DNA from: an uncultured Methanosarcinales archaeon
Lineage (GTDB): Archaea; Nanobdellota; Nanobdellia; Woesearchaeales; CAIVOO01
Direction: 5' to 3'
Length of the DNA stretch: 64,000 nt
NCBI GenBank assembly: GCA_964485195.1
Contig: CAZAIK010000002.1
Location: 76,972 to 140,971, forward strand
Under the pieces are notes generated by a model. It did no database searches, was not told the DNA's origin, and worked only from the letters and a program-made list of their open reading frames with translations. How positions within the stretch are numbered: the stretch's first letter is position 1; the number at the start of each line of letters is the position of its first letter. A program made the translations under genes and the position numbers. This document shows positions 9,528-19,128 of the stretch, piece by piece.

Positions 9528-10682
9528 TTAATCTATGAATTCAATGCCCAGTTCCTGCTCTATCTCCTTGTGTTTTCCTTCTCCTTTTTTCTGCTGTGGG
9601 GCTGTTCCGAAAATCTGGCTGGAGCTCACGCCCGTGACTATCAGCAAAACCCTTAACGTGTTTGCCAAGTCCTCGGTGATCTGCGCTCCCCAGATAATCC
9701 TGGCATCTTCTGAGATCCTGTCAGATATTGTTTCCACAACACCCCTTGCCTCGTTAAGGGTCATATCCGGCCCTCCTGAAACATTTATCAGGGCGCCTGC
9801 AGCTCCTGCAACATCAACTTCAAGAAGAGGGTTTGCTATTGCCTTTTCCACTGCCTCAACAGCCCTGTTTTCAGAGTCTGACTCGCCGACCCCTATAAGG
9901 GCCACTCCTCCGTTCTGCATAACTGCCCTGATGTCTGCAAAGTCAAGATTTACCAGGCCTGCTTTTGTCACAAGCTCCGCTATTCCCTTGACAGCGTTGG
10001 TAAGGATTTCATCCGCTACCTTGAATGCAGTGTGCAACGGCAGTTCCGGGGCAAGTTCCAACAGCTTGTCGTTTGGGATTACTATGAGCGTGTCAACGAT
10101 GTGCTCCATCTTTTCAAGCCCTATCACTGCATTTTCATATCTTCTCTGTCCTTCCATAGCGAAAGGCATAGTTACCACGCCCACCACAAGGCTTCCTGTT
10201 TTCTTGGCAATCTCTGAAACTACAGGTGCAGCTCCTGTTCCTGTTCCTCCTCCAAGACCGCAGGTGACAAACACCATATCTGCCCCTGTAAGGGACTGCT
10301 TTATGTCAGACTCCTGCTCCTTGGCAGCGTCTTCCCCTATCTTGGGGACTGAGCCTGCCCCGAGGCCTTTGGTTGATTCCCTTCCTATGAGAATTTTCTT
10401 ATCAGCGCTTGTGTATAACAGGTCCTGCGCATCAGTGTTAATAGCGACTGTTTCCGCACCAGTAACACCTACCTGCGTAATCCTGTTAACAGTGTTGTTT
10501 CCTCCTCCACCGCAGCCTATCACCTTTATTTTGGCTTTCTGCAGCGAAAGAACCTCTTCCAGCTCAGCATCCACCTCGCTTCGACTTTCAGGAATTCTCT
10601 GCTTAAGGCTCAAGTCAGGTTGAGGAGATTCATTAACCTGAGGATTTGCGTTTACTTCTTGATAATTTTCCACTTTACCCAC
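9528..10682 (-). CDS. ftsZ: cell division GTPase FtsZ
   Basis: 384 aa; tubulin signature GGGTGTG, KVIGCGGGGNN, NTDAQ. Confidence 0.9.
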   Translation of the reverse strand: MGKVENYQEVNANPQVNESPQPDLSLKQRIPESRSEVDAELEEVLSLQKAKIKVIGCGGGGNNTVNRITQVGVTGAETVAINTDAQDLLYTSADKKILIGRESTKGLGAGSVPKIGEDAAKEQESDIKQSLTGADMVFVTCGLGGGTGTGAAPVVSEIAKKTGSLVVGVVTMPFAMEGQRRYENAVIGLEKMEHIVDTLIVIPNDKLLELAPELPLHTAFKVADEILTNAVKGIAELVTKAGLVNLDFADIRAVMQNGGVALIGVGESDSENRAVEAVEKAIANPLLEVDVAGAAGALINVSGGPDMTLNEARGVVETISDRISEDARIIWGAQITEDLANTLRVLLIVTGVSSSQIFGTAPQQKKGEGKHKEIEQELGIEFID

Positions 10683-10738
10683 CTCGCCAACATTTGTTTA
10701 ACGGCGCCTCTTTTGGTTTTTAAAGCTGTTACTCATAT

Positions 10739-11428
10739 TTAAGTGTTTTGTTGCTTTTCTTCCTTTTTCTTTTCTGTAAATTCCAGCTTTTTTATGGAAG
10801 GGATAATCTCTGAAACCTTCTTTTCTATCACACTCACGAACTGTTCCGGGATTTTCCTGTCTATGGTGACTTTTGCAGTGCCTTCTGAAATCTCTGCCTG
10901 GATGTTTTCCTTTTTTGTGTCAAGCTCCAGTGAGAGGAATGACTTAAGTTTCTCTTTTTCATCTGTGACTATCCTTTTGATTTTGAATTTGTAAACCAAG
11001 TCCTTGCCTGAGAGAGGATGGTTGAAGTCAACAATGGCCCTTCCCCCTGTCACTGTCCTTATGATTCCGTAAACTCCGTCGATATTGACGGGAAGTCCCG
11101 GTGTTGGATTTATGTTTTCCTTTCTGAATATGTTTGTCGGGACGAGCTTCATCTTTTTGGCGTCTTTTTTGCCAAAGCCCTTTTCCGGCTGTATCAGAAC
11201 TTCATACTCCTCCCCGATTTCCTTGCCGACAGCGAACTCGTCAAGCCCTGTTATCAGCTGGCCCTGCCCCAGGCAGATGATTTTGGGACCGTATTCGTGC
11301 TTTGGATTGTGGAAGCCTTCCTTTTTCGCAGTCTCTTCATCTGTGGTGTCAAAGACAACGTTGTCATCCTTGGTCTTGCCTGTGTATTCTATCTCCACAA
11401 AATCCCCCTGGCTTGTTTTCTCTGCCAT
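10739..11428 (-). CDS. FKBP-type peptidyl-prolyl cis-trans isomerase (long archaeal type)
   Basis: 229 aa; FKBP domain (GDFVEIEYTGK...GLDEFAVGKEIGEEYEVLIQPEKGFG) with IF insertion and C-terminal domain. Confidence 0.8.
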   Translation of the reverse strand: MAEKTSQGDFVEIEYTGKTKDDNVVFDTTDEETAKKEGFHNPKHEYGPKIICLGQGQLITGLDEFAVGKEIGEEYEVLIQPEKGFGKKDAKKMKLVPTNIFRKENINPTPGLPVNIDGVYGIIRTVTGGRAIVDFNHPLSGKDLVYKFKIKRIVTDEKEKLKSFLSLELDTKKENIQAEISEGTAKVTIDRKIPEQFVSVIEKKVSEIIPSIKKLEFTEKKKEEKQQNT

Positions 11429-11579
11429 TTTTAGTTGAAACTACTTCTTGTTAATTTTTAAGAAGCAGTGTTCTAAGGTTTTGCAGGTTATTTATAAAGG
11501 TTATCTTTCTGGATTTGAGGTGCTATTTATAAACAAAAGCAAAAGCTTTAAATATCATTCGTCACCTTAAGGTGGTAAT

Positions 11580-12584
11580 ATGGTTGGGAAATCAGGCAAG
11601 CTGGAAAAGAAGTGTGATATGCATGCACATATAGGCTCCCTGGAAACCATTCTGGACGGCTCAAGAAGAAAAGGGACATTTAACGAGCCAGTAACTGATT
11701 TCTTTGTAAACTCCATAAGGAAGCTTGCAGGATAGTACACTGTAAAAAATTACAAATTAATGTACAGGTTGAATCATGACTCAATGGCCGCCTTTAATCA
11801 CGCCATGCAGCAGGGAATGGATTTCCTTGCGATAACAGAGCATGATGAGATTAAGACAGTGATGAAATTTCTTAATGACTGCCCCCAGCTTGCTCCACAT
11901 ATAATCCCTGGCGAAGAGATAACAACAAGGCTCCCAGGGAGGGAATACGACATTCACGTTGGTGTTTACTTTGGTGATGACAAAGCAGAAAAGCAGCACG
12001 AGGAAGCACAAAAAGTAAAGGGAAATATCATGGAGCTTGTTGACTATCTTAAAAACGAGGATGTCCTGCACGTATTAAACCATCCTTTCTTTGTTCCGTG
12101 GGCAAAAAAGAATTGCAGGTTAACAAGGGAGGATATGGAGCAATTGCGGGAAATGTTTGAGATTGTTGAAAAGCGGAATGGGCTTATTCCTGAAGGGGAC
12201 AATTACAAAGCAGAAAAGTTTTTTAAAGAGAAAGGAGCAATAGCTGGCTCTGACTGCCATAACGGAAAGCCCGGAAGAACTTATGCAGTTGCTGAAGCTG
12301 ACGATAAAAAAGAATTTCTTCAGCAGATAAAAAATGGGCGTGCGGTTATGGGAGGAGAACACGGCTCTGTGGATAACTCACAGCGGGAGTTAATTGACAA
12401 AATATGCTCTTATGGTGGAGAGTTGATATGGAGAGAGAATGGAACTGAAATGAAGATCCCTGTTGAGGGGAAATGGGCAGAATTAGCAGAAAAAAGAATA
12501 GCGGAATTCACCAGAAGAACATCCTCTTTGTGGGCAAAATACCATCAAAATATGGACCACGGAGTTGAAGAGTGGGAGATATAA
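11580..12584 (+). pseudogene. PHP-domain metal-dependent phosphoesterase interrupted by a single in-frame TAG (11733..11735)
   Basis: ORF 11580..11735 (MVGKSGKLEKKCDMHAHIGS... = PHP motif I) and ORF 11760..12584 (MDFLAITEHDE..., GSDCHN) are in the same frame, separated only by TAG plus 8 sense codons. Confidence 0.6.
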
Positions 12585-12768
12585 AATGCCAGATCTAAAA
12601 GGCATCAAAAACAGGGCATTGACCAGGCCGGGATACAGGATTTTGGCAGGCGCAGGACTGTTAGGGCTGGCCTTTTTGCTGAATCCTGATGAAAGGGAAA
12701 AAACAGTTCCACATTCAGAAATGCAGGTCAGGGATCAGAGGCAGGCAGGGAACACCAGAAAAAAATAA
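12565..12768 (+). CDS. short ORF encoding a TM anchor, possibly the frameshifted N-terminus of the downstream transglycosylase
   Basis: 67 aa with TM segment RILAGAGLLGLAFLL; overlaps the start of the SLT-domain ORF in another frame near an A6 run (12695..12700). Confidence 0.3.
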   Translation: MKSGRYKMPDLKGIKNRALTRPGYRILAGAGLLGLAFLLNPDEREKTVPHSEMQVRDQRQAGNTRKK

Positions 12769-13438
12769 ACTGCCTGATGACAAGCCCCTTGAGCTCATAA
12801 TCAACAGCAGGTTTGAAGAGGAAGCCCTGGAAGAGCTTGATGAAATTCTTAACGGCACTTCTGAAGTAAAATCCTGGAAATGGCAGCAATTTAAGAATGG
12901 AAAAAAGAAAGTGCCTGCAATCGTGAATAATGACAACATAAAACTCTTTGAAAAGGCCTTCGGAAACATCTTTCAGTATGACAACACAATAAGGGCGGCG
13001 GCAGGAACATATTCTCATGTCACTTCCGAGCTTCTTTATGCAGTGATATATGAGGAGAGCAAGGGCAACCAGTACGCAGTCTCAAAAGCAGGGGCGTGCG
13101 GGCTTATTCAGATAACAGAGCCAACTGCAAGGGACATAGGGATGGACTGGAAAAAAAGGTTTGAGCCAGAGGAAAACATTTTCTCAGGTGCCTCTATTTT
13201 ATCGGGGCTGATAGAAAGATACGAAGGCAACCTGCTCTTGGCATTAAGCGCTTACAATTACGGAAAGTACGGGCTTGACAAAAAGATAGACAGGAAAAAT
13301 TCCGGCAGGAAAAGGATAAAGGAAATTGATTTTGACGAACTGCCCGTGGTCAGCAGGCATTACGCAACAAGAGTCCTCGGGGCTATGAAAGCGATGCAGC
13401 AAAATTACGGCCCGCCCACAGGACTGGCATCAAGATAA
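12689..13438 (+). CDS. lytic transglycosylase (SLT domain) protein
   Basis: 249 aa; SLT catalytic motif LLYAVIYEESKGNQYAVSKAGACGLIQITEPTARDIG, ...ALSAYNYG. Confidence 0.7.
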   Translation: MKGKKQFHIQKCRSGIRGRQGTPEKNKLPDDKPLELIINSRFEEEALEELDEILNGTSEVKSWKWQQFKNGKKKVPAIVNNDNIKLFEKAFGNIFQYDNTIRAAAGTYSHVTSELLYAVIYEESKGNQYAVSKAGACGLIQITEPTARDIGMDWKKRFEPEENIFSGASILSGLIERYEGNLLLALSAYNYGKYGLDKKIDRKNSGRKRIKEIDFDELPVVSRHYATRVLGAMKAMQQNYGPPTGLASR

Positions 13439-13981
13439 ACTTTTTTCTTTCACAAAATCCAAAATTTTTTCAACAACTTCCTCTGTTTTCCTGTTTGTTG
13501 TGTCAATAACCAAACCAAAGTTGCTCTTGTCCTTGTAGTTTTCTATCCCGTACAGTTCCCTGTATCTTCTTGCGTCGCTTGCCTCCCTTTCAGCAAGCTT
13601 TTCCTGCGCCTCCTCGACTGTTGAATAATTCTCTAAACCCTTCCTTGTCTTCATAACCCTTTCCGCCCCCACCTTGGGGTCTACGTCAAGAAATATTTTT
13701 ATTGAATCGGGAATGAAATATGCTGGAAGCCTGCCTTCAGCTACAAAATCATCCTCTTCCTCCCCGATTCTTTTCAGCATCTCGTCAGCGGCCCTGTCTG
13801 CCTCGTGGGTTTTCTCATCCTTTTTGTTCAGCTCTTTAAGAGTCATCCCCTCCTGCCTCGCAATATCCCTCCTGATGTCCCCTGCAGAATAACGCTTCAA
13901 ATCCAGCCTTTCAGAAAGCTTCCTTGCAACAGTGCTCTTGCCAGAGCCGGGAGGGCCTGTTATGGTAATCCTCATAATCAA
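13430..13981 (-). CDS. cmk: cytidylate kinase, archaeal type
   Basis: 183 aa; P-loop ITITGPPGSGKSTVARKL; length and architecture of archaeal CMP kinase. Confidence 0.7.
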   Translation of the reverse strand: MIMRITITGPPGSGKSTVARKLSERLDLKRYSAGDIRRDIARQEGMTLKELNKKDEKTHEADRAADEMLKRIGEEEDDFVAEGRLPAYFIPDSIKIFLDVDPKVGAERVMKTRKGLENYSTVEEAQEKLAEREASDARRYRELYGIENYKDKSNFGLVIDTTNRKTEEVVEKILDFVKEKSLS

Positions 13982-14021
13982 TTCTTTTGTATTGTTGTTT
14001 AAAAATGTTTGTAATCAGAAA

Positions 14022-14423
14022 TCATATGTATCTTTTTGGAAAATACTTTCTCACTATTTTCATCAGCTCATCGCTGTTAACCGGAACTTCATCTGCAAGG
14101 TTTCTTTTTGCAATGAAGTAGCTCTTTTCAGAAGGGTCCTTCAAAACATCGGGCTCGCTGCCAGCAGGGTGCATGAAAAGAAGCGGTGTTTCGTAATGTC
14201 TTCCGCTCGGCTTTCTCATAAAGTCCATAACCTTTTTGCCTCCCTTGGTGTCTGATATCACAAAGCCAACGCCTTCGCAGGTGTTCCCATCGAAAAAATC
14301 TATCTCCCGCAAGGCGTCCTTCACAGTGGGGGCGCTTATAACTTCCATACCCTCATTCCTCAGGAAATCCCCGAGGTTTCTCCTGACAGCAGAGGATTTG
14401 TCTATGATTATTATCCTTTTCAT
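14022..14423 (-). CDS. CheY-like receiver-domain protein (orphan, possibly degenerate)
   Basis: 133 aa; RIIIIDKSSAVRRNLGDFLRNEGMEVISAP...VGFVISDTKGG matches receiver fold. Confidence 0.45.
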   Translation of the reverse strand: MKRIIIIDKSSAVRRNLGDFLRNEGMEVISAPTVKDALREIDFFDGNTCEGVGFVISDTKGGKKVMDFMRKPSGRHYETPLLFMHPAGSEPDVLKDPSEKSYFIAKRNLADEVPVNSDELMKIVRKYFPKRYI

Positions 14424-14455
14424 CAGTTGCGGGAAATAAGAAAGGTTTAAAAAGT

Positions 14456-14851
14456 TTATTCAAGGTATTCCCTTACCATCTCCATAAACTCTTCCTTTCC
14501 CTTTCTTGTCCCCAAATCTTCAGCTTTAAAATAACCTGTCTTGTGATAGCCGTTGCCAGAGGAAACTTTTTCTGTCAGGATTATCGCCGGCACCTCCTCA
14601 TAATTCCTAACCCTGGAATACCCCTTGACCTTTTCACCTCTCATCACCTTAACCAGGTTTTCAGAGTCATCAATGTCTGCTTCAATCACCATAAGGTCTA
14701 TCTCCCCTTCAATCTTTCTCATCAGCTTCAGGGAGCCGCGCGGGGTAAATGGCTCCAGGTTGGTCTGAAAACCCCTTGTCTGAAGAGTGCTGAATACCAG
14801 CCCTCTCAAAACTTCGTCTTCTATTACATTCAAAATAAAACTCCTGTTCAT
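14456..14851 (-). CDS. CheY-like receiver-domain protein (second tandem copy)
   Basis: 131 aa; weak receiver-like pattern (IDLMVIEADIDDSENLVKVM); tandem with 14022..14423. Confidence 0.4.
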   Translation of the reverse strand: MNRSFILNVIEDEVLRGLVFSTLQTRGFQTNLEPFTPRGSLKLMRKIEGEIDLMVIEADIDDSENLVKVMRGEKVKGYSRVRNYEEVPAIILTEKVSSGNGYHKTGYFKAEDLGTRKGKEEFMEMVREYLE

Positions 14852-14899
14852 TGTTGTCAGCGGGAGTTTAGAAAGTCTTAAAAAACTATCTGCACAAAA

Positions 14900-14909
14900 T
14901 TTATAAATA
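14900..14909 (+). promoter_or_regulatory. archaeal TATA box upstream of thermosome gene
   Basis: tttataaata ~40 nt upstream of ATG at 14952, with purine-rich RBS gagggggt before the start. Confidence 0.45.
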
Positions 14910-14951
14910 ACCTTTGGCGGTTTTTTTGACTAACAGAAAGAGGGGGTTAAA

Positions 14952-16592
14952 ATGTCAGAGAAAAATTACCAACCGATATTCATTCTACCTGAAGGCAGTT
15001 CCAGGACTGTGGGCAGGGACGCCCAGAGAAACAACATAATGGCTGCCAAGCTTGTTGCTGAAACTGTAAGAACAACCCTGGGGCCGAAGGGCATGGACAA
15101 GATGCTTGTTGACAACCTCGGGGACATAATCATAACCAATGACGGCGTCACGATACTCCAGGAAATGCAGGTTGACCATCCTTCTGCAAAGATGATTGTG
15201 GAGGTTGCCAAGACACAGGAGGACGAGGTTGGCGACGGGACCACTACCGCCGTGGTCGTTGCAGGCGAGCTCCTGAAAAACGCTGAAAGGCTTCTTGACC
15301 AGGAAATTCATCCCACTGTAATTGCCAAGGGCTACAGGATAGCTGCTGAACAGGCAATGAAATACCTCAGGGAGATGGCTGAAAAGATTTCCCCCCAGGA
15401 TTCAGAAATTCTCAAAAAAATTGCAATAACGGCAATGACTGGGAAGGGGGCTGAGTCTGCAAAGGAAAAGCTTGCGGACATAACAGTAAGGGCTGTCAGC
15501 AGGATAATGGAAAAAGAGGAAAACGGCAAGACAATTGTTGACGGTCAAAGCATAAAGATTGAGAAAAAGATAGGGGGAGGTGTTGAGGACACCGAGCTTA
15601 TTGATGGTGTTGTTGTTGACAAGGAAAGGGTGCATTCCGGCATGCCCAAGAATGTGCAGGATGCAAAAATCGCGCTTGTGGACACCGCCCTTGAAATAAA
15701 GAATACTGAGATAGACGCAAAGATACAAATTACAGACCCGTCACAGATGCAGGCATTTCTTGATATGGAGGAAAAAATGCTCAAGGATATGGTTCAGAAA
15801 ATCTTTGATTCAGGAGCAACTGCAGTTTTCTGCCAGAAAGGAATAGATGATTTGGCCCAGCATTACCTGTCCAAGAGGGGAATATATGCAGTAAGGAGGG
15901 TCAAGGAATCAGACATGAAAGGAATTGCAAAAGCCACAGGGGCAAAGATAATAAGTAATCTCGACGAGCTTTCAGCCGATGATTTGGGGATGGCAGGCCT
16001 GGTTGAGGAAAAAAAGGTTGGGGACGAAATGATGACTTTTGTAAAGAACTGCCCCAATGCAAAAACAGTGACAATTCTTGTGAGAGGCGGGACTGAGCAC
16101 GTTGTTGACGAAGTGAAAAGGGCAATAACTGATGCAGTGGGCGGAGTGATAGTCTCCCTTGAGGAGGGGAAGGTTGTTGCAGGCGCGGGCTCTCCTGAGA
16201 TAGAGCTGGCAAGGCAGCTTCACAAGTTTGCAAATACCCTCAGCGGAAGGGAGCAGCTGGCAGTGCAGGCGTTTGCTGACTCTGTTGAGATAGTCCCCAG
16301 GACTCTTGCTGAAAATGCAGGGCTGGACCCCATTGACATTCTTACAGAGCTGAAGTCAGCCCACGACGCAGGACAGAAATGGGCGGGGCTTAATGTTTTT
16401 ACCGGCAAGGTCATAGACACCTGGACGGAAGGGGTGGTGGAGCCTTTAAAGATTAAGACACAGGCAATATCCTCTGCCTCGGAAGTCGCAACAATGATAC
16501 TGAGGATTGATGATGTCATTTCCTCTGGAAGCGGGGAGAAAGGCCAGCAAATGCCTCAGGGTATGGGAGGGGGAATGCCTCCTATGGGATGA
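14952..16592 (+). CDS. ths: thermosome subunit (group II chaperonin)
   Basis: 546 aa; [24 protein letters not shown] motifs; C-terminal GGM repeats ([10 protein letters not shown]). Confidence 0.95.
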   Translation: MSEKNYQPIFILPEGSSRTVGRDAQRNNIMAAKLVAETVRTTLGPKGMDKMLVDNLGDIIITNDGVTILQEMQVDHPSAKMIVEVAKTQEDEVGDGTTTAVVVAGELLKNAERLLDQEIHPTVIAKGYRIAAEQAMKYLREMAEKISPQDSEILKKIAITAMTGKGAESAKEKLADITVRAVSRIMEKEENGKTIVDGQSIKIEKKIGGGVEDTELIDGVVVDKERVHSGMPKNVQDAKIALVDTALEIKNTEIDAKIQITDPSQMQAFLDMEEKMLKDMVQKIFDSGATAVFCQKGIDDLAQHYLSKRGIYAVRRVKESDMKGIAKATGAKIISNLDELSADDLGMAGLVEEKKVGDEMMTFVKNCPNAKTVTILVRGGTEHVVDEVKRAITDAVGGVIVSLEEGKVVAGAGSPEIELARQLHKFANTLSGREQLAVQAFADSVEIVPRTLAENAGLDPIDILTELKSAHDAGQKWAGLNVFTGKVIDTWTEGVVEPLKIKTQAISSASEVATMILRIDDVISSGSGEKGQQMPQGMGGGMPPMG

Positions 16593-18413
16593 TCATCTTA
16601 TTATCATTCCATTATGATTATAGATGTCTTTCAGGTGAGGCAGTAGCTTCCTGCTCCACGTCTCAAAAAAAGGCAGCAGGTTCTCCTGTCTCACAAGATA
16701 ATCAATGTTGAACATCTGGGAAGCGGCTATTGATTCTTCATTCCTCTCTATCTTCCCGTTTGTGTGGGACTTGAAAATCAGCCCGAAATGGTCATTGTCA
16801 ACCTCCTTGTCCGTGGCCCACATTGTTCCCACCAGCTCAGGAGGGGAATAGCAGTCTATGTTTACCTCTTCTGTAATTTCCCTGTTGGCACAGGTTGCGA
16901 TGAGGCGCGGCCCGTCCTCCTGGAGAATGTGACCTCCCACTGCAACTGAAATCTTGTTGAACAACCTTCTCTCTCCGAACTCGGTTATCTTTTTGGTTCT
17001 CACATAGCTGAAAACAGATTCATCAGGGCCGAACAATATTATGTATGGGATGGGCTGCAGTATCTCGGGGTCTCCTTCGCAGTCATACCTTGAATGCCAG
17101 AATCCGTCCTCTGCATCTTTGATTAAACTGTGCACTTCGTCGGGCTGGAGTAATTGAAAGCCTTCACTTTCATTGTGATGGGGTAAAAGTATCTCGGGAA
17201 TCTGGCACAAGGTGATTTTGTCCAGCTTCTGGTAAGTCCTTGCCGCAAATGAAAAGTCAAAGGGCCCGAAATATTTTGCAGGCCTCACGCCTATCTGCAT
17301 CTGGTAGTTTGATCCGATTTCCTGCCCGTAAATCTTGTCAGGTATATTTGTCCTGTAAAACTGGAGCTTGCTGATGGGCTTGCCGTGCTTAAGCTCTATC
17401 TTCCTCTCCTCTTCAGACCGCACTTCAAAAACAAGGTCGCCGTTAAAGCCATTGTCTATGAATCCTGCGAAGTGCAAGGGCCCCCTGAACCCTGTCTCGG
17501 AATAGCTCTCCAGCTCGGCGCAAAGGTGAGGGGGTATCCTTAAAATCTCGTGCGAGGCAAACAGGCAGTATTCTCCCCTTCCCAATGTCACAGTCTTTTC
17601 TCCCTGCAATGTTTGCTCTGCCTTCAGGGGCTCAAAGAAATCCTCAGCCTTAAGTTTGCCTTTCTCCCTGAGGTCTATGGGTGTCGGGTTATGCCTGGCT
17701 CTCAGCCCAACTATTCCTTCTGTGTGCTCCCCTGACAAGTCAATGTGAAGCTCCAGCCCGTCGGTGACTATCTGCTCCGCATTCACTATCTCACCTTCTC
17801 TGTTCCTCCTGTACAAAATCTGCTGTTTGGCTAATCCCTCCTTTATCTGCGTCGGGGAAAGCTTTGCCTCAAGCCCCTGCGAAAACCTCAGCTGGTTAAG
17901 TGAAATGCCCGGATGAAGTATTGCGTTGAAAGCGAGGGGCTGCACCAGCAGCCAGAGACTAATTTCACTGTCGCCGCAGCAGTTATAGGTTGCAAAATCA
18001 AGGCAGTCATTGTAATCCGCAACCAGTCTCGTGTCAAAGAATATTCTTCCCAGGCTGCTTTTTGGGGATGACTTCAGGAATTCGTTTTCTGACAGCCTTA
18101 CCTTTGAAAGCAGCGGGACAAGATATGTGAAGCCTATCTTCAGTTCATACCCGTCGCTGATGTTTGCCTTCTGCCTCCTTCTTCTTGGAAGCTCCAGCAG
18201 GGTCCTGTAAACTGTCTTGCCCTTGTCAGGATGGAACAGCCCTTTTGTTTCAGTTTCAATGACATACAATTCATCACCCACTCCCGGGTCAAATGAAGCT
18301 GGCTGTATCCTGTCCTCCTCAAGCAAATTAACAATACTGCCCTCCCTTATCATCTCTCTCATCTCCTGGGAAACCAGCCCTCTGCTTTCATTTGCTTGCA
18401 TGAAAATAAACAC
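16593..18413 (-). CDS. fusion protein: tandem dCTP deaminase/dUTPase-like (DCD) domains + C-terminal Nudix-like domain
   Basis: 606 aa. N-terminus RIQPASFDPGVGD and KSSLGRIFFDTR...HPGISLNQLRF match dCTP deaminase. Second repeat has the intact active-site pattern HFAGFIDNGFNGDLVFEV...GKPISKLQFYR. C-terminal region GGHILQEDGPRLIATCANREITEEVNI approximates a Nudix box. Confidence 0.6.
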   Translation of the reverse strand: MFIFMQANESRGLVSQEMREMIREGSIVNLLEEDRIQPASFDPGVGDELYVIETETKGLFHPDKGKTVYRTLLELPRRRRQKANISDGYELKIGFTYLVPLLSKVRLSENEFLKSSPKSSLGRIFFDTRLVADYNDCLDFATYNCCGDSEISLWLLVQPLAFNAILHPGISLNQLRFSQGLEAKLSPTQIKEGLAKQQILYRRNREGEIVNAEQIVTDGLELHIDLSGEHTEGIVGLRARHNPTPIDLREKGKLKAEDFFEPLKAEQTLQGEKTVTLGRGEYCLFASHEILRIPPHLCAELESYSETGFRGPLHFAGFIDNGFNGDLVFEVRSEEERKIELKHGKPISKLQFYRTNIPDKIYGQEIGSNYQMQIGVRPAKYFGPFDFSFAARTYQKLDKITLCQIPEILLPHHNESEGFQLLQPDEVHSLIKDAEDGFWHSRYDCEGDPEILQPIPYIILFGPDESVFSYVRTKKITEFGERRLFNKISVAVGGHILQEDGPRLIATCANREITEEVNIDCYSPPELVGTMWATDKEVDNDHFGLIFKSHTNGKIERNEESIAASQMFNIDYLVRQENLLPFFETWSRKLLPHLKDIYNHNGMIIR

Positions 18414-18585
18414 CCCTCACATCTATTTAATATTTGCTATATTCCAGTAGTTAACTTTTTGGTTTAAATTTATTATTTCTTAAATAATTATGGTTTATTC
18501 TTGTCGTGCAATTAACCCCTGACTTTTTACCACAATATTTTTAAATGACTGGAATAATTCAATATAAAAACAAAGAGGCGAAATC

Positions 18586-19128
18586 ATGGCCAAGGAAAAG
18601 GACTACGCGATTGTTCCTGAAAAAGAGGTTTTTCAGCTAAAACAGGATGTTGAGGACATAAAGAAGAATCCCTTCCAGGCTTACGGAACCGACAATTTCA
18701 TAGATGCTGTTAACAACCTTACAAATGCAGTAAATTCTCTTATAGAACTTTTCAAGACAGCGGCTGAGGAAATGAAGCTGGAGGAAAGAGAGGCAGAAAC
18801 CATAACCAAAAAGATAGAGCCAATGTTCAAGAAAATGGACACCCTGGTCAGCCAGAACGAGAAGATCGCGAGAGGCATAGTTGCTGTGGCTGACATGCTG
18901 GAAAGGAGGGGGCAGCCTTCAGGGCCGATGCCGCCAAGGCCTCCTATGCAGGGGCCTTCGCAGCCACCCAAGCCGCCCCAGGGGCCGCCAACACCTCCAT
19001 CAGGACCGCCCTCGCCGGGAGCGCCCCAGAGGCCTCCATCACCGCCGCCGGCTCCGGGAACAACACCCTCACCTGCAGGAATGCCCCCTCCGCCGCCGCC
19101 CAAGAAAAAGAAAGGGCTTTTCGGATAA
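18586..19128 (+). CDS. hypothetical protein with helical N-terminus and Pro-rich C-terminal tail
   Basis: 180 aa; C-terminus PPMQGPSQPPKPPQGPPTPPSGPPSPGAPQRPPSPPPAPG...PPPPPPKKKKGLFG. Confidence 0.45.
   Translation: MAKEKDYAIVPEKEVFQLKQDVEDIKKNPFQAYGTDNFIDAVNNLTNAVNSLIELFKTAAEEMKLEEREAETITKKIEPMFKKMDTLVSQNEKIARGIVAVADMLERRGQPSGPMPPRPPMQGPSQPPKPPQGPPTPPSGPPSPGAPQRPPSPPPAPGTTPSPAGMPPPPPPKKKKGLFG

Noticed and set aside
9535-10623. 362-aa + strand ORF rich in Ser/Ala/Pro
   Set aside because: Lies entirely antisense within the clearly identifiable ftsZ gene; composition typical of a shadow ORF
11733-11735. Genome-wide reassignment of TAG as a sense codon
   Set aside because: TAG clearly terminates other well-supported ORFs in the window (8806..8808, 28156..28158), so only local readthrough, pseudogenisation or a sequencing error remain plausible
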